From NCBI GenBank assembly GCA_965207035.1, contig OZ242259.1, positions 2,105,454 to 2,169,453 on the forward strand: a stretch of 64,000 nt of DNA, written 5' to 3'. A program made the translations under genes and the position numbers. Below are positions 8,360 to 17,620 of the stretch, one piece after another. The stretch's first letter is position 1; each line of letters begins with the position of its first letter. The notes under the pieces are model-generated. The model worked only from the letters and a program-made list of their open reading frames with translations, did not search any database and was not told the origin of the DNA. This DNA is from Bryobacterales bacterium. Lineage in GTDB: Bacteria > Acidobacteriota > Terriglobia > Bryobacterales > UBA6623.

Positions 8360-10411
8360 GTGGAAGCGAGATTTGCCTTGATTCGATTGGAGCCCCGCGT
8401 CCGCCGACCACTAGCCGACAAGCCTGGCTTTCTCGATTGGCTCCGAATGCGTAGGCTTCCACGGGGTCGGGTCTTCTCGAAGTCGCGCAACTGGAGGCCG
8501 TGGCGAATTACCGGCTGGATTGGCGCGAGTTTTGCCCTCGTGGCAGTGCTGGGAGTTCTGCAGTTCCAATGGATCGGTCAGGTCAGCGACTTTCAGCAGC
8601 ATGCCATGCAAGTGTCGCTCCGCGAACCGATCAAAGGCACGATCGGTCAGGTCCAAGACCAGATCAACCTCCTGATGTCGATGTTCAGGCCGGATGCCGA
8701 CACGGACCCCTCCGATCGCCTGAGAACTTATTGGGACCGCTATGCCTCCTGGCGCGCGAATTCGGAGTACGGACTGATGATCAGGAGGATTCTGTTCTAC
8801 GACATCCCTTCTGGCGGGCACTGGGAACTTACCGAACTGCTCGGACAACCTCCCCGCATCGAGCACGCGGCTTGGGGACAGGACCTCGCCCCTGTTCGCA
8901 AGCATCTAGACGAATGGAGTCTCGAGCAGGATCGCCTGACTAACTGGCGTTGGGCGGTGACGTGGATGTTCCACCCGCAAGCGATGGCCATTTACCGGCC
9001 GATCATCGCACATGAGCCGAACAGGATCGAACGATTTCGCAACGGTAGGCTCACAGGCTTTTTCGTCCTCGAACTGGACCTAGGCTTCATCCGCGATCGC
9101 ATGATACCGGAAATCTTAAGCGACCAATTCCGAATGTTGAGTGTGGGTTCCCGCTATGTTGTGGGCATCGGGCCCGCAAACAGCAGTGTGCTGGTCTACG
9201 ATCCCGTCAGCGGTACCGAAGACGAGTCGGCCGGTTCGCTGGGCGATTTCAAGGGCTACGTGCTGACACCGTATCCGGCGGCGCAGAAGTCCGATCGAAT
9301 CGGGCAGCCAGACTTCAACCTTCGATTTCCGCTCTCGGCGGAGAACGTGAACGAGTCAATGGCGAGACGTGGCGCGGTCCAACGGGTCTCGTTGCGGACA
9401 AAGCTCGACATCGCACAGATGTTAGGCCCGAAGCGTACCCTTCCAGGCGCGGAGACTGATGAGGATTCGCGAGGCGATTCTCGAAGCGAACTTCAAGCCG
9501 TCGCGCTCGGGTGGCCAGACATCCTTCCAAGGCTGATTGTGATCGGAGACGCTCCGCACGATGTGTACGTGCGGGTGAAACAGGATGGAGTCGCGCTGAC
9601 CGAGGAAGTCAACCGTATGTACAAGCGGTCCGTCGCCATGGGAATCGTCGTGCTCGTACTGCTTCTCGGGTCGATGGCGATGGCCGCGTTATCTGAGCGG
9701 AATGCGGCGCACCTGGCGGCGTTGCGAGTCGAAGCAGCGGCATCCCAATCGCATCAGTTGCGCAACCCTCTGGCGGGGATCACTCTTCTCGCGGACAACA
9801 TAGCCAACGGGGCACTCGGACCCGGCGAGAAGGTCATCGAATATGGCGAAAAGATTCGTACGTCCGCGCGGCACCTCAACGAGCTCGTGAACCGGACGGT
9901 GCGGCTGGCCGCCATGGATGCACCCATCGGGCGTTACCGCCTCTCCTTGATCGATGTCTCGGAGATCGCGAAGGACGCCTTCGAAGAGGCGCGGGCGGTG
10001 ATCGAAGGTGCTGGATTCACGGCGGAATGTTCCTGTCCCGAAGGCCTGCCGGTCGTGAAGGCGGACGCGGAGGCGCTACGGCAGAGCCTGAGCGATCTTC
10101 TGGGCAACGCGGTGAAGTACGGCCTCCCTGGCCGGTGGCTCAAGATTGAAACCGACGAGACGGGTTCAGGCCACCGTAGGGAGGTGCGAATCCGGGTTTG
10201 CGATCGAGGGCGGGGCGTTTCCGCTCGTGAGGCGAGGTTGATTTTCGAGCCGTTCTATCGCGCGCCGGACGTCCTCAGATCGTCGATCTCTGGTTCCGGC
10301 CTAGGCCTGGCGCTTGCGCGCAGTGCGATCCAGGGAATGGGGGGCAGGCTGAGCCTAGAGAGTGAGCGGGGCCGAGGAAGCGCGTTCACGATTCGTTTTC
10401 CTGTTTCCTAG
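8360..10411 (+). CDS. Sensor histidine kinase (paralog 1): two TM segments, large extracytoplasmic domain, HisKA plus HATPase_c
   Basis: The GTG start at 8360 is supported by N-terminal similarity to paralog 2 (xAxIRxxPxxRR...WRIxGWIGASFALV). The H-box is SHQLRNPLAGI, the N-box LLGNAVKYG and the G-boxes DRGRG and GSGLGLALAR. Confidence 0.9.
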   Translation: MEARFALIRLEPRVRRPLADKPGFLDWLRMRRLPRGRVFSKSRNWRPWRITGWIGASFALVAVLGVLQFQWIGQVSDFQQHAMQVSLREPIKGTIGQVQDQINLLMSMFRPDADTDPSDRLRTYWDRYASWRANSEYGLMIRRILFYDIPSGGHWELTELLGQPPRIEHAAWGQDLAPVRKHLDEWSLEQDRLTNWRWAVTWMFHPQAMAIYRPIIAHEPNRIERFRNGRLTGFFVLELDLGFIRDRMIPEILSDQFRMLSVGSRYVVGIGPANSSVLVYDPVSGTEDESAGSLGDFKGYVLTPYPAAQKSDRIGQPDFNLRFPLSAENVNESMARRGAVQRVSLRTKLDIAQMLGPKRTLPGAETDEDSRGDSRSELQAVALGWPDILPRLIVIGDAPHDVYVRVKQDGVALTEEVNRMYKRSVAMGIVVLVLLLGSMAMAALSERNAAHLAALRVEAAASQSHQLRNPLAGITLLADNIANGALGPGEKVIEYGEKIRTSARHLNELVNRTVRLAAMDAPIGRYRLSLIDVSEIAKDAFEEARAVIEGAGFTAECSCPEGLPVVKADAEALRQSLSDLLGNAVKYGLPGRWLKIETDETGSGHRREVRIRVCDRGRGVSAREARLIFEPFYRAPDVLRSSISGSGLGLALARSAIQGMGGRLSLESERGRGSAFTIRFPVS

Positions 10412-10657
10412 CTGGCTACGCCGGGGCGGCCGGTCGCGCTATCTACGCTCGGCTCGGGTGTGTCGAAAATCAGACTGTTGAAGATGAGTTTGAGGTGGAG
10501 TGGATTCGTGACCCGCTGCCTTGGGCCATAGATCGGGACTGCCTCTGAGCTCGGCGCGACTCTTCTTCCCTTCGCAACGGACGCTGCATGCCACCAGCTA
10601 GCAAAGGCGGGGAGGGTGTGTGTGTAATTCACTTCCGAGAAGTTTCGCAGCAAAGGA

Positions 10658-10927
10658 CTACGGCGGGAACGCTTCGAGAAAATGGACTTCGCCGTCGAGC
10701 ACGCCGGCCTTGACACCAACCGCCGCCGACTCCGGCAAGGCCATAAACGCTTCCGCCCTGTCTCGATCCTCGATGTCCAGCAGGAAGAACACCTCGTCTG
10801 ACGCGTCAATGGACCGCCACACATGCAGGACCTTCAGACCCGCCGCGGCGCCTCTGGCAGCATCCCCGTCCAAGACGCCCTTCCACCTGTGGACGTCCTT
10901 CACTCGATTACGAACCAACAGCACCAT
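10658..10927 (-). CDS. Small (89 aa) alpha+beta-barrel-like protein of unknown function (ABM/EthD-like pattern)
   Basis: The sequence is MVLLVRNRVKDVHRWKGVLDGDAA...LKVLHVWRSIDASDEVFFLLDIEDRDRAEAFM...AGVLDGEVHFLE. The ATG is at 10927, 36 nt downstream of the stop of the 936-aa gene. The longer 227-aa track ORF is an out-of-frame extension into that gene. Confidence 0.55.
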   Translation of the reverse strand: MVLLVRNRVKDVHRWKGVLDGDAARGAAAGLKVLHVWRSIDASDEVFFLLDIEDRDRAEAFMALPESAAVGVKAGVLDGEVHFLEAFPP

Positions 10928-10962
10928 CGCGATACAGATCGACCTTCTCGAACCGTCGCCGG

Positions 10963-13773
10963 CTAGTTCGTGGTGACCCAAATCGGCGACGACCACGCGA
11001 CGTTGCCATCGTTCTGTTGCACACGCACGTAGTAGTAGTCCTCGCCAGTCTGTTTCTCGGCATCCTCGTAGGTGAACGCGAAGTCTTGAGGCAGTTTCTG
11101 GCGAGTGTACAGGAACTCCTGGTTCTTGATGATGTCGATTTGACGGATCGTGGTCGAACCAATGACCTTGACCTCCAGGCGAAACGGGCCGTCCGCGCGG
11201 ACAATGTCGCCCTGCAAGTACTCCTTGCCGTTCGCCTGGAGACGGTAGTCCAGGATGATGTTGTCCGTGGCTCCATAGCTGTGCCGCAGCTTCATGGCAT
11301 CCAGCAAGCCTTCGCGGGTGAAATCCTCGGCGATCGTGCAAGCGTAGGAGTAGTGCGTCGAGAGGTGGTCTGAAGCCACTTGAACGCCCAACTTGTATCC
11401 TTTCGCCCAGGCATTCCAGACGTACCCGGCGGGCCGGAACCCGCCCGCCTGGGTGGTCGGCCGCTCGCGGTGAGCAGCCAGGGGAGCGCCCTCGTACTCG
11501 GCTGAGACGCGGTCCCCCTGGAAAATCTCCACCAGTGGCTCGACTTCGGGGTCGTTGTCGCGCCAGTCAGTGCCCATTCCCGTCGCCGAGGTGTGCGAGA
11601 TCGCGATCCCGCCGTTGCCTCGCAGGTACGCGTACAGACGGCCGGCCCCCTGCGCGTGGTTGGACTCTTCCGGAATGATCGGCAGCGTCGGCGTCCCGCG
11701 CTCGGGCAGCAGGATGTTGCGATGCCCACCCGGATAGCGGATCGACCTCTCGTAACCGTAGAAGGGTTGGAAGCGGTCGCTGACGGAGAAGACGTCGACC
11801 GCCTGCTGGAGCACCCAGTTGATGTATTCGTTGTCCGGGCCCCCCTGGAAGTTGTGCTCGCTGACCAGCAGGTAATCCAGGCTAGCCGCATCGAGAGCAT
11901 ACCGGTACGTCTGGAAGAGTGAACCGTCGTTGTTGCCGTCCATCGAGAACTCGGTGTGGCGGTGGGTGTCCCCTCGATAGATCTTGTACGTGCGACCCTC
12001 CGATGTGATTTCGTAGTTGCGCAACCGCTCCAGGTCCTCCGCCTCGGTGGGTGCGACATCGTGGAACTGCACCGTACGTTCGGGCCGGAGTCTCAATTGC
12101 GGATCCCGGAGGTTCCGGGCAAACTTTGGGAGCTTGGCCGCATACACGTCGGTGTGCTCATAGAGAAAACCGGAGAAATCACGCCCATCGGACTGCCACG
12201 CTGCGACCAGTCCACCTGCTCCGTCGGAGGCAACACCCCATCGCACATCCTGCCGCCCAGCGCTTGAGGGAAACTCATACGGCAGCGTCCAACTGCCGCC
12301 GTCGAGGGTGGAGGCCCAAATCTGCCAGGCCGCACGGTGCAGCGGAGTTTCGTACGGCATGTCACGCTGGCGGATAGTGCGATGCCGACCGAACAGCCAC
12401 ACCCTCCCGTTGCTGTCCGTCGCAAGCTTCGGGAAATCATTGTGGCGGCTGTCTACACGGGGCAGCATCGAGGCATTGATGTCTGCCGCCGGCTCGTACC
12501 AAGCGGCGCCGTCTCGGACCGCGACCCGAATGAAGCGGTACTCGTACAGGAGCGTGCCTTCGACGGGCAACATGAATCCCGTGTCCTTGCCCCAGTTCAA
12601 CCCGCTCTCGTTCCAAGCTGCCCAGAGGCGGTTCTGCGCATCCACCGCAAGTGAGACGTGCGCCTCGTACAGAGGCGTGTCAACGATCGGCACCGGCGAG
12701 TCCGCGGTCCAGCGTTCGCCGTCCCATGTGCGCAAAAGAATGTCGTAGTTGCCCGCACCGTAACTGTCCCAAGCGATGTAGATCTCCCCGTCGAGGCCCG
12801 CTGCGACAACCGGTTCCCAGTCGTTAGCCCTAGACCTGGAGACGACCTGCTCAGGCCCCCAGCCGTCGCCGTCGTGACGTTTCGCGAGGATGTCGGACTG
12901 GCCGTCCCGAAATCCCTGCCACGCGAGCCAGAGGCTTCCGTCCGACGAGGTGGCCAGGTCGGGAAAAACGTCGGGCTGGGGCGCGTCGGTCAGTCTCGTG
13001 GTCGAACCCCAAGAGCCCTCGTGCAGCGAGCGCGCGTACAAGTCGAAGTTCCCGTCCGCTTGCTGGGCCCAGACGAACCACACCGTTCCGTCGCTGGACC
13101 GGCCCATCTTGACCATGTGGATGTCGCCAGGTTCCTCGGTGACGGTCTCGGCGGGCTCCCACGACGTGCCGTCATAGGCCCGAGTGAAAATCTCGTTCGC
13201 CCCGTCACGGTACGCGACCCACGCCGTTCGGACGCGGCCTTCGGATCCGTCGAGAGCAGCGACAAAATCGTCTTCGTACTCGCCAGTCGACAGTTTCTCG
13301 ACGGTTGGCACGCGTTCCACCACGGCCGCTCCGTCCAAGAATTCGAGCGATTCGCCGAGCCGGGTATCGGCTAGAGGAAAGGCGAAGTCCCCTTGGGCAG
13401 TGGCGATGCTCACCCGGGCGCCTGGCGCGGCTCTCAAGTCGAGGACGACCCCCGGGGTCCAGTGGTAGATCTCCACGGGTCGGTCGGGAAGGTTCTCGTA
13501 GGCCCGCCAGCTGTAGTTGACGCCCTTGTGCGTGGAGAACCGCCATGTGCCGCCAGGGTCAACCGCATTCTCCGGCCTCGGGTGCCAGTCGCTGACCCGC
13601 AGCAGTTCGCCAGCTGAGACAGACACGGACCCATCCCAACGGGTCTCGGCAGTATCGAGCAGGCCGAAGCGGATGAGAACCGAGACGGTTTCCTGGGCTT
13701 GCAACTGGCCGATAGACAACACTGCAAGACAGAGCGAAACAAGGACGAGCGAACGAGCGGGGAAGATGGTCAT
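10963..13773 (-). CDS. Secreted 936-aa protein: N-terminal repeated beta-propeller-like region fused to a C-terminal PHP/CehA-like metallo-phosphoesterase domain
   Basis: The signal peptide is MTIFPARSLVLVSLCLAVLSIGQLQAQ. The recurring motif SSDG(T/S)xW(F/L)xW...G..D(I/L)(Y/L) appears several times. The PHP-like motifs are GDTHRHTEFSMDG, VSEHN and ISHTSATGMGTDW. Confidence 0.85.
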   Translation of the reverse strand: MTIFPARSLVLVSLCLAVLSIGQLQAQETVSVLIRFGLLDTAETRWDGSVSVSAGELLRVSDWHPRPENAVDPGGTWRFSTHKGVNYSWRAYENLPDRPVEIYHWTPGVVLDLRAAPGARVSIATAQGDFAFPLADTRLGESLEFLDGAAVVERVPTVEKLSTGEYEDDFVAALDGSEGRVRTAWVAYRDGANEIFTRAYDGTSWEPAETVTEEPGDIHMVKMGRSSDGTVWFVWAQQADGNFDLYARSLHEGSWGSTTRLTDAPQPDVFPDLATSSDGSLWLAWQGFRDGQSDILAKRHDGDGWGPEQVVSRSRANDWEPVVAAGLDGEIYIAWDSYGAGNYDILLRTWDGERWTADSPVPIVDTPLYEAHVSLAVDAQNRLWAAWNESGLNWGKDTGFMLPVEGTLLYEYRFIRVAVRDGAAWYEPAADINASMLPRVDSRHNDFPKLATDSNGRVWLFGRHRTIRQRDMPYETPLHRAAWQIWASTLDGGSWTLPYEFPSSAGRQDVRWGVASDGAGGLVAAWQSDGRDFSGFLYEHTDVYAAKLPKFARNLRDPQLRLRPERTVQFHDVAPTEAEDLERLRNYEITSEGRTYKIYRGDTHRHTEFSMDGNNDGSLFQTYRYALDAASLDYLLVSEHNFQGGPDNEYINWVLQQAVDVFSVSDRFQPFYGYERSIRYPGGHRNILLPERGTPTLPIIPEESNHAQGAGRLYAYLRGNGGIAISHTSATGMGTDWRDNDPEVEPLVEIFQGDRVSAEYEGAPLAAHRERPTTQAGGFRPAGYVWNAWAKGYKLGVQVASDHLSTHYSYACTIAEDFTREGLLDAMKLRHSYGATDNIILDYRLQANGKEYLQGDIVRADGPFRLEVKVIGSTTIRQIDIIKNQEFLYTRQKLPQDFAFTYEDAEKQTGEDYYYVRVQQNDGNVAWSSPIWVTTN

Positions 13774-13921
13774 GGAATCATTGTCTTGAGGCGGTTGCCC
13801 GCGATTCTAGCAGGAGTGACAGTAACAAGTGGGACTGACTGGACTGGCCAGCAGAGGTTGCACGATCGGTTGCAATCTGCGCAAGAATTCGTCCAGTTGG
13901 TTTGACCGGTTGGATCTTGCA

Positions 13922-14200
13922 ATGCGCACCTTGCAAGCTACCAAAGCCAAGGCCCGTTTGGCAGAAGTCCCGAAGATTGTCGGGCGTGGCGCGGCGGTTG
14001 CAATCACTCGGCATGGCGAGACGACTGCGCATGTGATTCCTGCGCCAGCGGGTGGGCGCGCCAACCTCAAGCGAGTTCTGGACCGCTCTCGCCGACACCA
14101 TGATGATATTGAGACTGGTCCGCTCTATCGTGGTGCTATGTTCAGCGCTGTTGAGGAAGGATTACGTCAATCGATACTGTGGACCGAGAAGATAGCCTGA
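13922..14200 (+). CDS. Phd/YefM-type antitoxin with no intact toxin partner adjacent
   Basis: It reads MRTLQATKAKARLAEVPKIVGRGAAVAITRHGETTAHVIP. The next gene is a methyltransferase relic, not a toxin. The 3' end overlaps that relic. Confidence 0.6.
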   Translation: MRTLQATKAKARLAEVPKIVGRGAAVAITRHGETTAHVIPAPAGGRANLKRVLDRSRRHHDDIETGPLYRGAMFSAVEEGLRQSILWTEKIA

Positions 14201-14615
14201 TCCAGCTCCTGTTCCTAGTTGATCTTGTTGCGTGCTTGCTGCTGCTGGCCGGAGTCGTCTGGTCAGGCGTCCGACCGGACCGGCGAAGCTGGCCTCCGCC
14301 GGGGCTCCGCTCCTAGCAGCATGCCGTGACCCCCTGGCGCTGCTGAGAGGACTGCGGGCGATCTGGGGGATCGTGACAACCGGCTGGAAGAGCAGCTCGG
14401 GACAACAGGACGGCTTTTCTTCCTCCGGCCCCTACCGGTTCACGCGCAACCCGCAATACCTTCGAGACAACGTGCTCTTTCTTGGCCCGAGCATCATCGC
14501 GACTTCGCGGCTCGTATGGATCACCTGGGCGCTGTTCGCCCTGGTGTTCATCATCACGCTCCTCAGCAAGGAGGTGTGGCTGAAGGAGCAATACGGCAAG
14601 GAATGCGAACGCTAG
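14179..14615 (+). pseudogene. Isoprenylcysteine carboxyl methyltransferase (ICMT/PEMT-like) family gene, frameshifted
   Basis: The N-terminal TM part (VDREDSLIQLLFLVDLVACLLLLAGVVWSGVRPDRRSWPPPGLRS*) is in one frame. The C-terminal part, with GPYRFTRNPQYL and two TM stretches, is in another (14232-14615). Confidence 0.5.
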
Positions 14616-14936
14616 CGGCGGGACGCACCGCGCTTCCTCTGAGTCAAAGCGAGGTCTCGTCATTCGACTGGTGCTCAAGAGCTGCGAGACTTGCCGGCCC
14701 CGTCGCCAAACCCAACCACCGCCTCCGGAGGGGGAAGACGTGACCCGCAACGCCGGCTGGCGCGCAGCCGCTACCTCAACATTTGGTATTGGTGAGAGCA
14801 TCGCGGACAAGCCGTGCGGCGATTGGTGCGAAGCGGGCTCGGCTCCCGCGGCCGGTCAGTTTCAGCGAGCCCTGATAAGCCCCTCGATGCGGCCCGCCTA
14901 GGAGCGAGCATCAAGGCCGGCATTGCGAAATTTGCC

Positions 14937-14966
14937 TTGACAATAATACTCGTAGGCTCATATAGT
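14937..14966 (+). promoter_or_regulatory. Sigma70-like promoter candidate upstream of the first RHH repeat unit
   Basis: TTGACA (14937-14942), an 18-nt spacer, then TATAGT (14961-14966), in an AT-rich patch. Confidence 0.35.
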
Positions 14967-15268
14967 AGTCGACATGTATATTCTGGCTGTGCTCGGCCCC
15001 AGGCGCGGCACCAAGAAAGAGGACGCTGGCAATCAACCTGTCTGTCGCCGTGGAGGTGGCCAACTGGCGACCGCTCGGAAGCGACGGTGCGGACACTGCC
15101 GTCCTAGATCCCGCACCGCACCCGGAATCCTCCGTCCGGGGTCCACCGCGGTCGGGCGTGCTCAAGTACGAGTCGGCCGAAACAGCAGCCGCGGAGATCG
15201 GCGCAATTGTTGCCTGGACACGGCCGCTACTGGCAAGCTACCGACTCGGTAGGAGGAGAACACAAGAC

Positions 15269-15514
15269 ATGCCCAAGACGAATTCCCCGGCTGACAACTT
15301 GCGAGACCACAGCGCGCCCACGGATGCGACCTCGCCGGAGGCAGATCGCCGGACTGGCGCAGAAACCAAGAAGCTCGTTGGAGCCCACTTTCCTGAGCCG
15401 GTGCATCGCCAGTTGCGCGTGCTGGCTGCCCAGGAGGGGAGGACTGTCCAGTCGGTTCTGGCGGAGGCGCTCAACGACCTCTTCTCCAAGCGTCAGCTGC
15501 CGCCGGTCGCGTAG
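15269..15514 (+). CDS. Ribbon-helix-helix (CopG/ParG/Arc-like) DNA-binding protein, copy 1
   Basis: The ATG at 15269 has GGTAGGAGGAG upstream. The core is KKLVGAHFPEPVHRQLRVLAAQEGRTVQSVLAEALNDLFSKRQLPP. A longer in-frame extension (from 15050) cannot be excluded. Confidence 0.7.
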   Translation: MPKTNSPADNLRDHSAPTDATSPEADRRTGAETKKLVGAHFPEPVHRQLRVLAAQEGRTVQSVLAEALNDLFSKRQLPPVA

Positions 15515-16103
15515 CAGCCCTTGGTGGGGGCGGATCCCTGCCATTGGCTGGACCCTATGGACTCCCCTAAGGGCCAGGCATTCCTTTTGCTGCTGGCGTT
15601 CTTCTGCCTCTGGACCTTCGGTGGCGGGACTACGCAATTCGCACCGTGCCTCCCAATCCTGCTGGTCATGAGATCCGCTTTGCGAGTCCCGACAACAGGG
15701 GACAGCATGTACAACGATGCATGAAGCCTTGAGTTCCTGTTGCCGCTGGCAGCGGATTCTCTGAGAGAGCGGATCACCGAACCGACTGGATTTTCGGGCC
15801 GGACGATCCGCCCGATCGGCTGGAAACTGCCGCGGGCGGAGAGGCTGCCGGTTCAGCGGCGGCAATGGTGTGCTCACAGGTCCGGTCGCGTCGTCCCGGT
15901 TGCTTTCATGCCACCGAAGAGTTGCCGACGGGGGTTGTCTCGGCCGTGCGCTTGGACTCTTCCTGTAGCTGGAAGGCCTGTGGTTTCCCTGCAATTCCGT
16001 CGCGGTTTCGACCGCCGAGGTTGCCATTAATTATTACGATAATATAGTATCTAATATATATATTCCTAAGCTTCTATTCCAATTATATTTCTGGATGATG
16101 ATA

Positions 16104-16133
16104 TTGCTTTGAACTTGCCTCTCTTGATAGACT
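16104..16133 (+). promoter_or_regulatory. Promoter-like conserved block in the AT-rich end of repeat unit 1
   Basis: TTGCTT, 18 nt, then TAGACT. This block is nearly identical in both units, whereas the preceding ~60 nt of AT-rich DNA has diverged. Confidence 0.3.
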
Positions 16134-16326
16134 GTATGGGAAATCGGTAAAGGAGTTTTTTCGCCGGAAATATGGCGATATCAATTGACGGGAAAATATG
16201 GCATTGCGGTCGGGCGTGCTCGAGTACAAGCCGACCGAAACAGCAGTCGCGGGGATCCGCGCATTTCTTGCCTGGACACGGGTGCTGCTAGCAAGCTACC
16301 GACTCGGTAGGAGGAGAACACAAGAC

Positions 16327-16572
16327 ATGCCCGAGATGAATTCCCCGGCTGACAACTTGCGAGACCACAGCGCGCCCACGGCTGCGACCTCGCCGGAGCC
16401 AGATCGCCGGACTGGCGCAGAAACCAGGAAGCTCGTTGGAGCCCACTTTCCTGAGCCGGTGCATCGCCAGTTGCGCGTGCTGGCTGCCCAGGAGGGGAGG
16501 ACTGTCCAGTCGGTTCTGGCGGAGGCGCTCAACGACCTCTTTTCCAAGCGTCAGCTGCCGCCGGTCGCGTAG
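16327..16572 (+). CDS. Ribbon-helix-helix DNA-binding protein, copy 2
   Basis: It has the same SD and core as copy 1. Amino-acid differences are confined to the N-terminal tail (K->E, T->M, D->A, A->P, K->R), and the RHH core is identical. Confidence 0.7.
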   Translation: MPEMNSPADNLRDHSAPTAATSPEPDRRTGAETRKLVGAHFPEPVHRQLRVLAAQEGRTVQSVLAEALNDLFSKRQLPPVA

Positions 16573-17165
16573 CGGCCCCTGGGTGGGGGCGGATCCCCGC
16601 CATTGGCTGGACCCCATGGACTCCCCTTAGGCCCAGGCATTCCTTCTGCTGCTGGCGTTCTTCTGCCTTTGGACCTTCGAGGGCGGGACTATGCAATTCG
16701 TACCGTGCCTCCCTACCCTGCTGGTCACGGGATCCGCTTTGCGAGTCCCGACAACAGGGGGCCAGCATGTACAAAGATGCATTCAGCCTCAAGTTCCTGT
16801 TGCCGCTGGCAGCAGATTTTCTGAGAGAGCGGATCACCGAACCAACAGGATTCTTGGCCCGGACGATCCGCCGGATCGGATGGGAACTGCCGCGGTCAAA
16901 GAGGCTGCCGATTCAGCGGCGGCAATGGTGTGCTCACAGGTCCGGCCGCGTCGTTCCGGTTGCTTTCATGCCACCGAAGAGTTGCCGACGCGGGTTGTCT
17001 CGGCCGCGCGTGCCTGGACTCTTCCTGTAACTGGAAGGCCTGTGGTTTCCCTGCAATTCCGTCGCGGTTTCGGTCGCCAAACTTCACTGTAATTTCTAGA
17101 ATAATTTATGTTTTAATATGTCGATTCGTAGGTTGTTATTCCAATTGAAGTTCTGGATGATGGTA

Positions 17166-17195
17166 TTGCTTTGAACTTGCCTCTCTTGATAGACT
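17166..17195 (+). promoter_or_regulatory. Promoter-like conserved block at the end of repeat unit 2, pointing toward the small-ORF/RR2 operon
   Basis: It is the same TTGCTT-18 nt-TAGACT block as at 16104-16133. Confidence 0.3.
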
Positions 17196-17620
17196 TTCAG
17201 GGACCAGTAAAGGAGTTTATGCGCCGAAAATCTGGCGACATCAATTGACGGGGAAATATGGCATTGATTACTGTGCAATCCAGTATTGTCGCTAACACCG
17301 ACAAGCTTTTCCGTCTCAATCCTCTCTCGCGGCACCCGCCCGGAACGCGGCCCTTGAGTGCCCGTCGCCCTCTCCCCATCCCAACCTACTCGCCGTGCCT
17401 CCCTTCAAGTCCAAGCCGGTGCTCAGAACGGCGATCGTGGTCACGCTGGGCTAGGTCGTATCCGATTGGCGGGCAATGCAGGAAAAGTTTGGCATTGGAA
17501 TCTCAGATTGCCGCACGCAAATGGATGCTCTGTCGCAGCGCTTGGACCGGGTGCAGGCCTGTTTAGGCTGCACAATCCCGTGTTGGTCCAGAAGCAACGA
17601 ATCAGCAGAAAGGAGTAAGG

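Larger units (their letters stand above)
15148..17266. repeat. Tandem direct duplication of a ~1.06-kb unit (15148-16205 and 16206-17266)
   Basis: The RHH start and stop are offset by exactly 1058 nt between the copies. Each unit has a leader, an RHH gene, a ~0.5-kb conserved GC-rich segment and a ~170-bp AT-rich block. The junction reads ...atatggcattg|cggtcgggcgtgctc. Confidence 0.92.

Noticed and set aside
15640-15655. An IncP-type nic-like core (ATCCTGC) in repeat unit 1, which would suggest an oriT next to an RHH relaxosome protein.
   Set aside because: The motif is not conserved in unit 2 (ACCCTGC), the preceding base is not a pyrimidine, and no relaxase gene is nearby.
15227-16027. 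A 266-aa minus-strand ORF spanning repeat unit 1.
   Set aside because: It is interrupted by a stop at the equivalent position in unit 2 (…LNRQPL*). It is low-complexity Arg/Gln/Pro/Ser-rich and antisense to the well-supported RHH gene.
16195-16215. A sigma54-like TGGCA element (atATGGCATTGCGGTCGG) at the repeat junction.
   Set aside because: The -12 TTGC element is not at the required spacing.
15148-17266. Whether the tandem units could be a DGR template/variable repeat pair.
   Set aside because: There is no reverse transcriptase ORF in the window. Substitutions between the copies are not adenine-specific (for example g/t, a/c, t/c, g/a within 15 nt).
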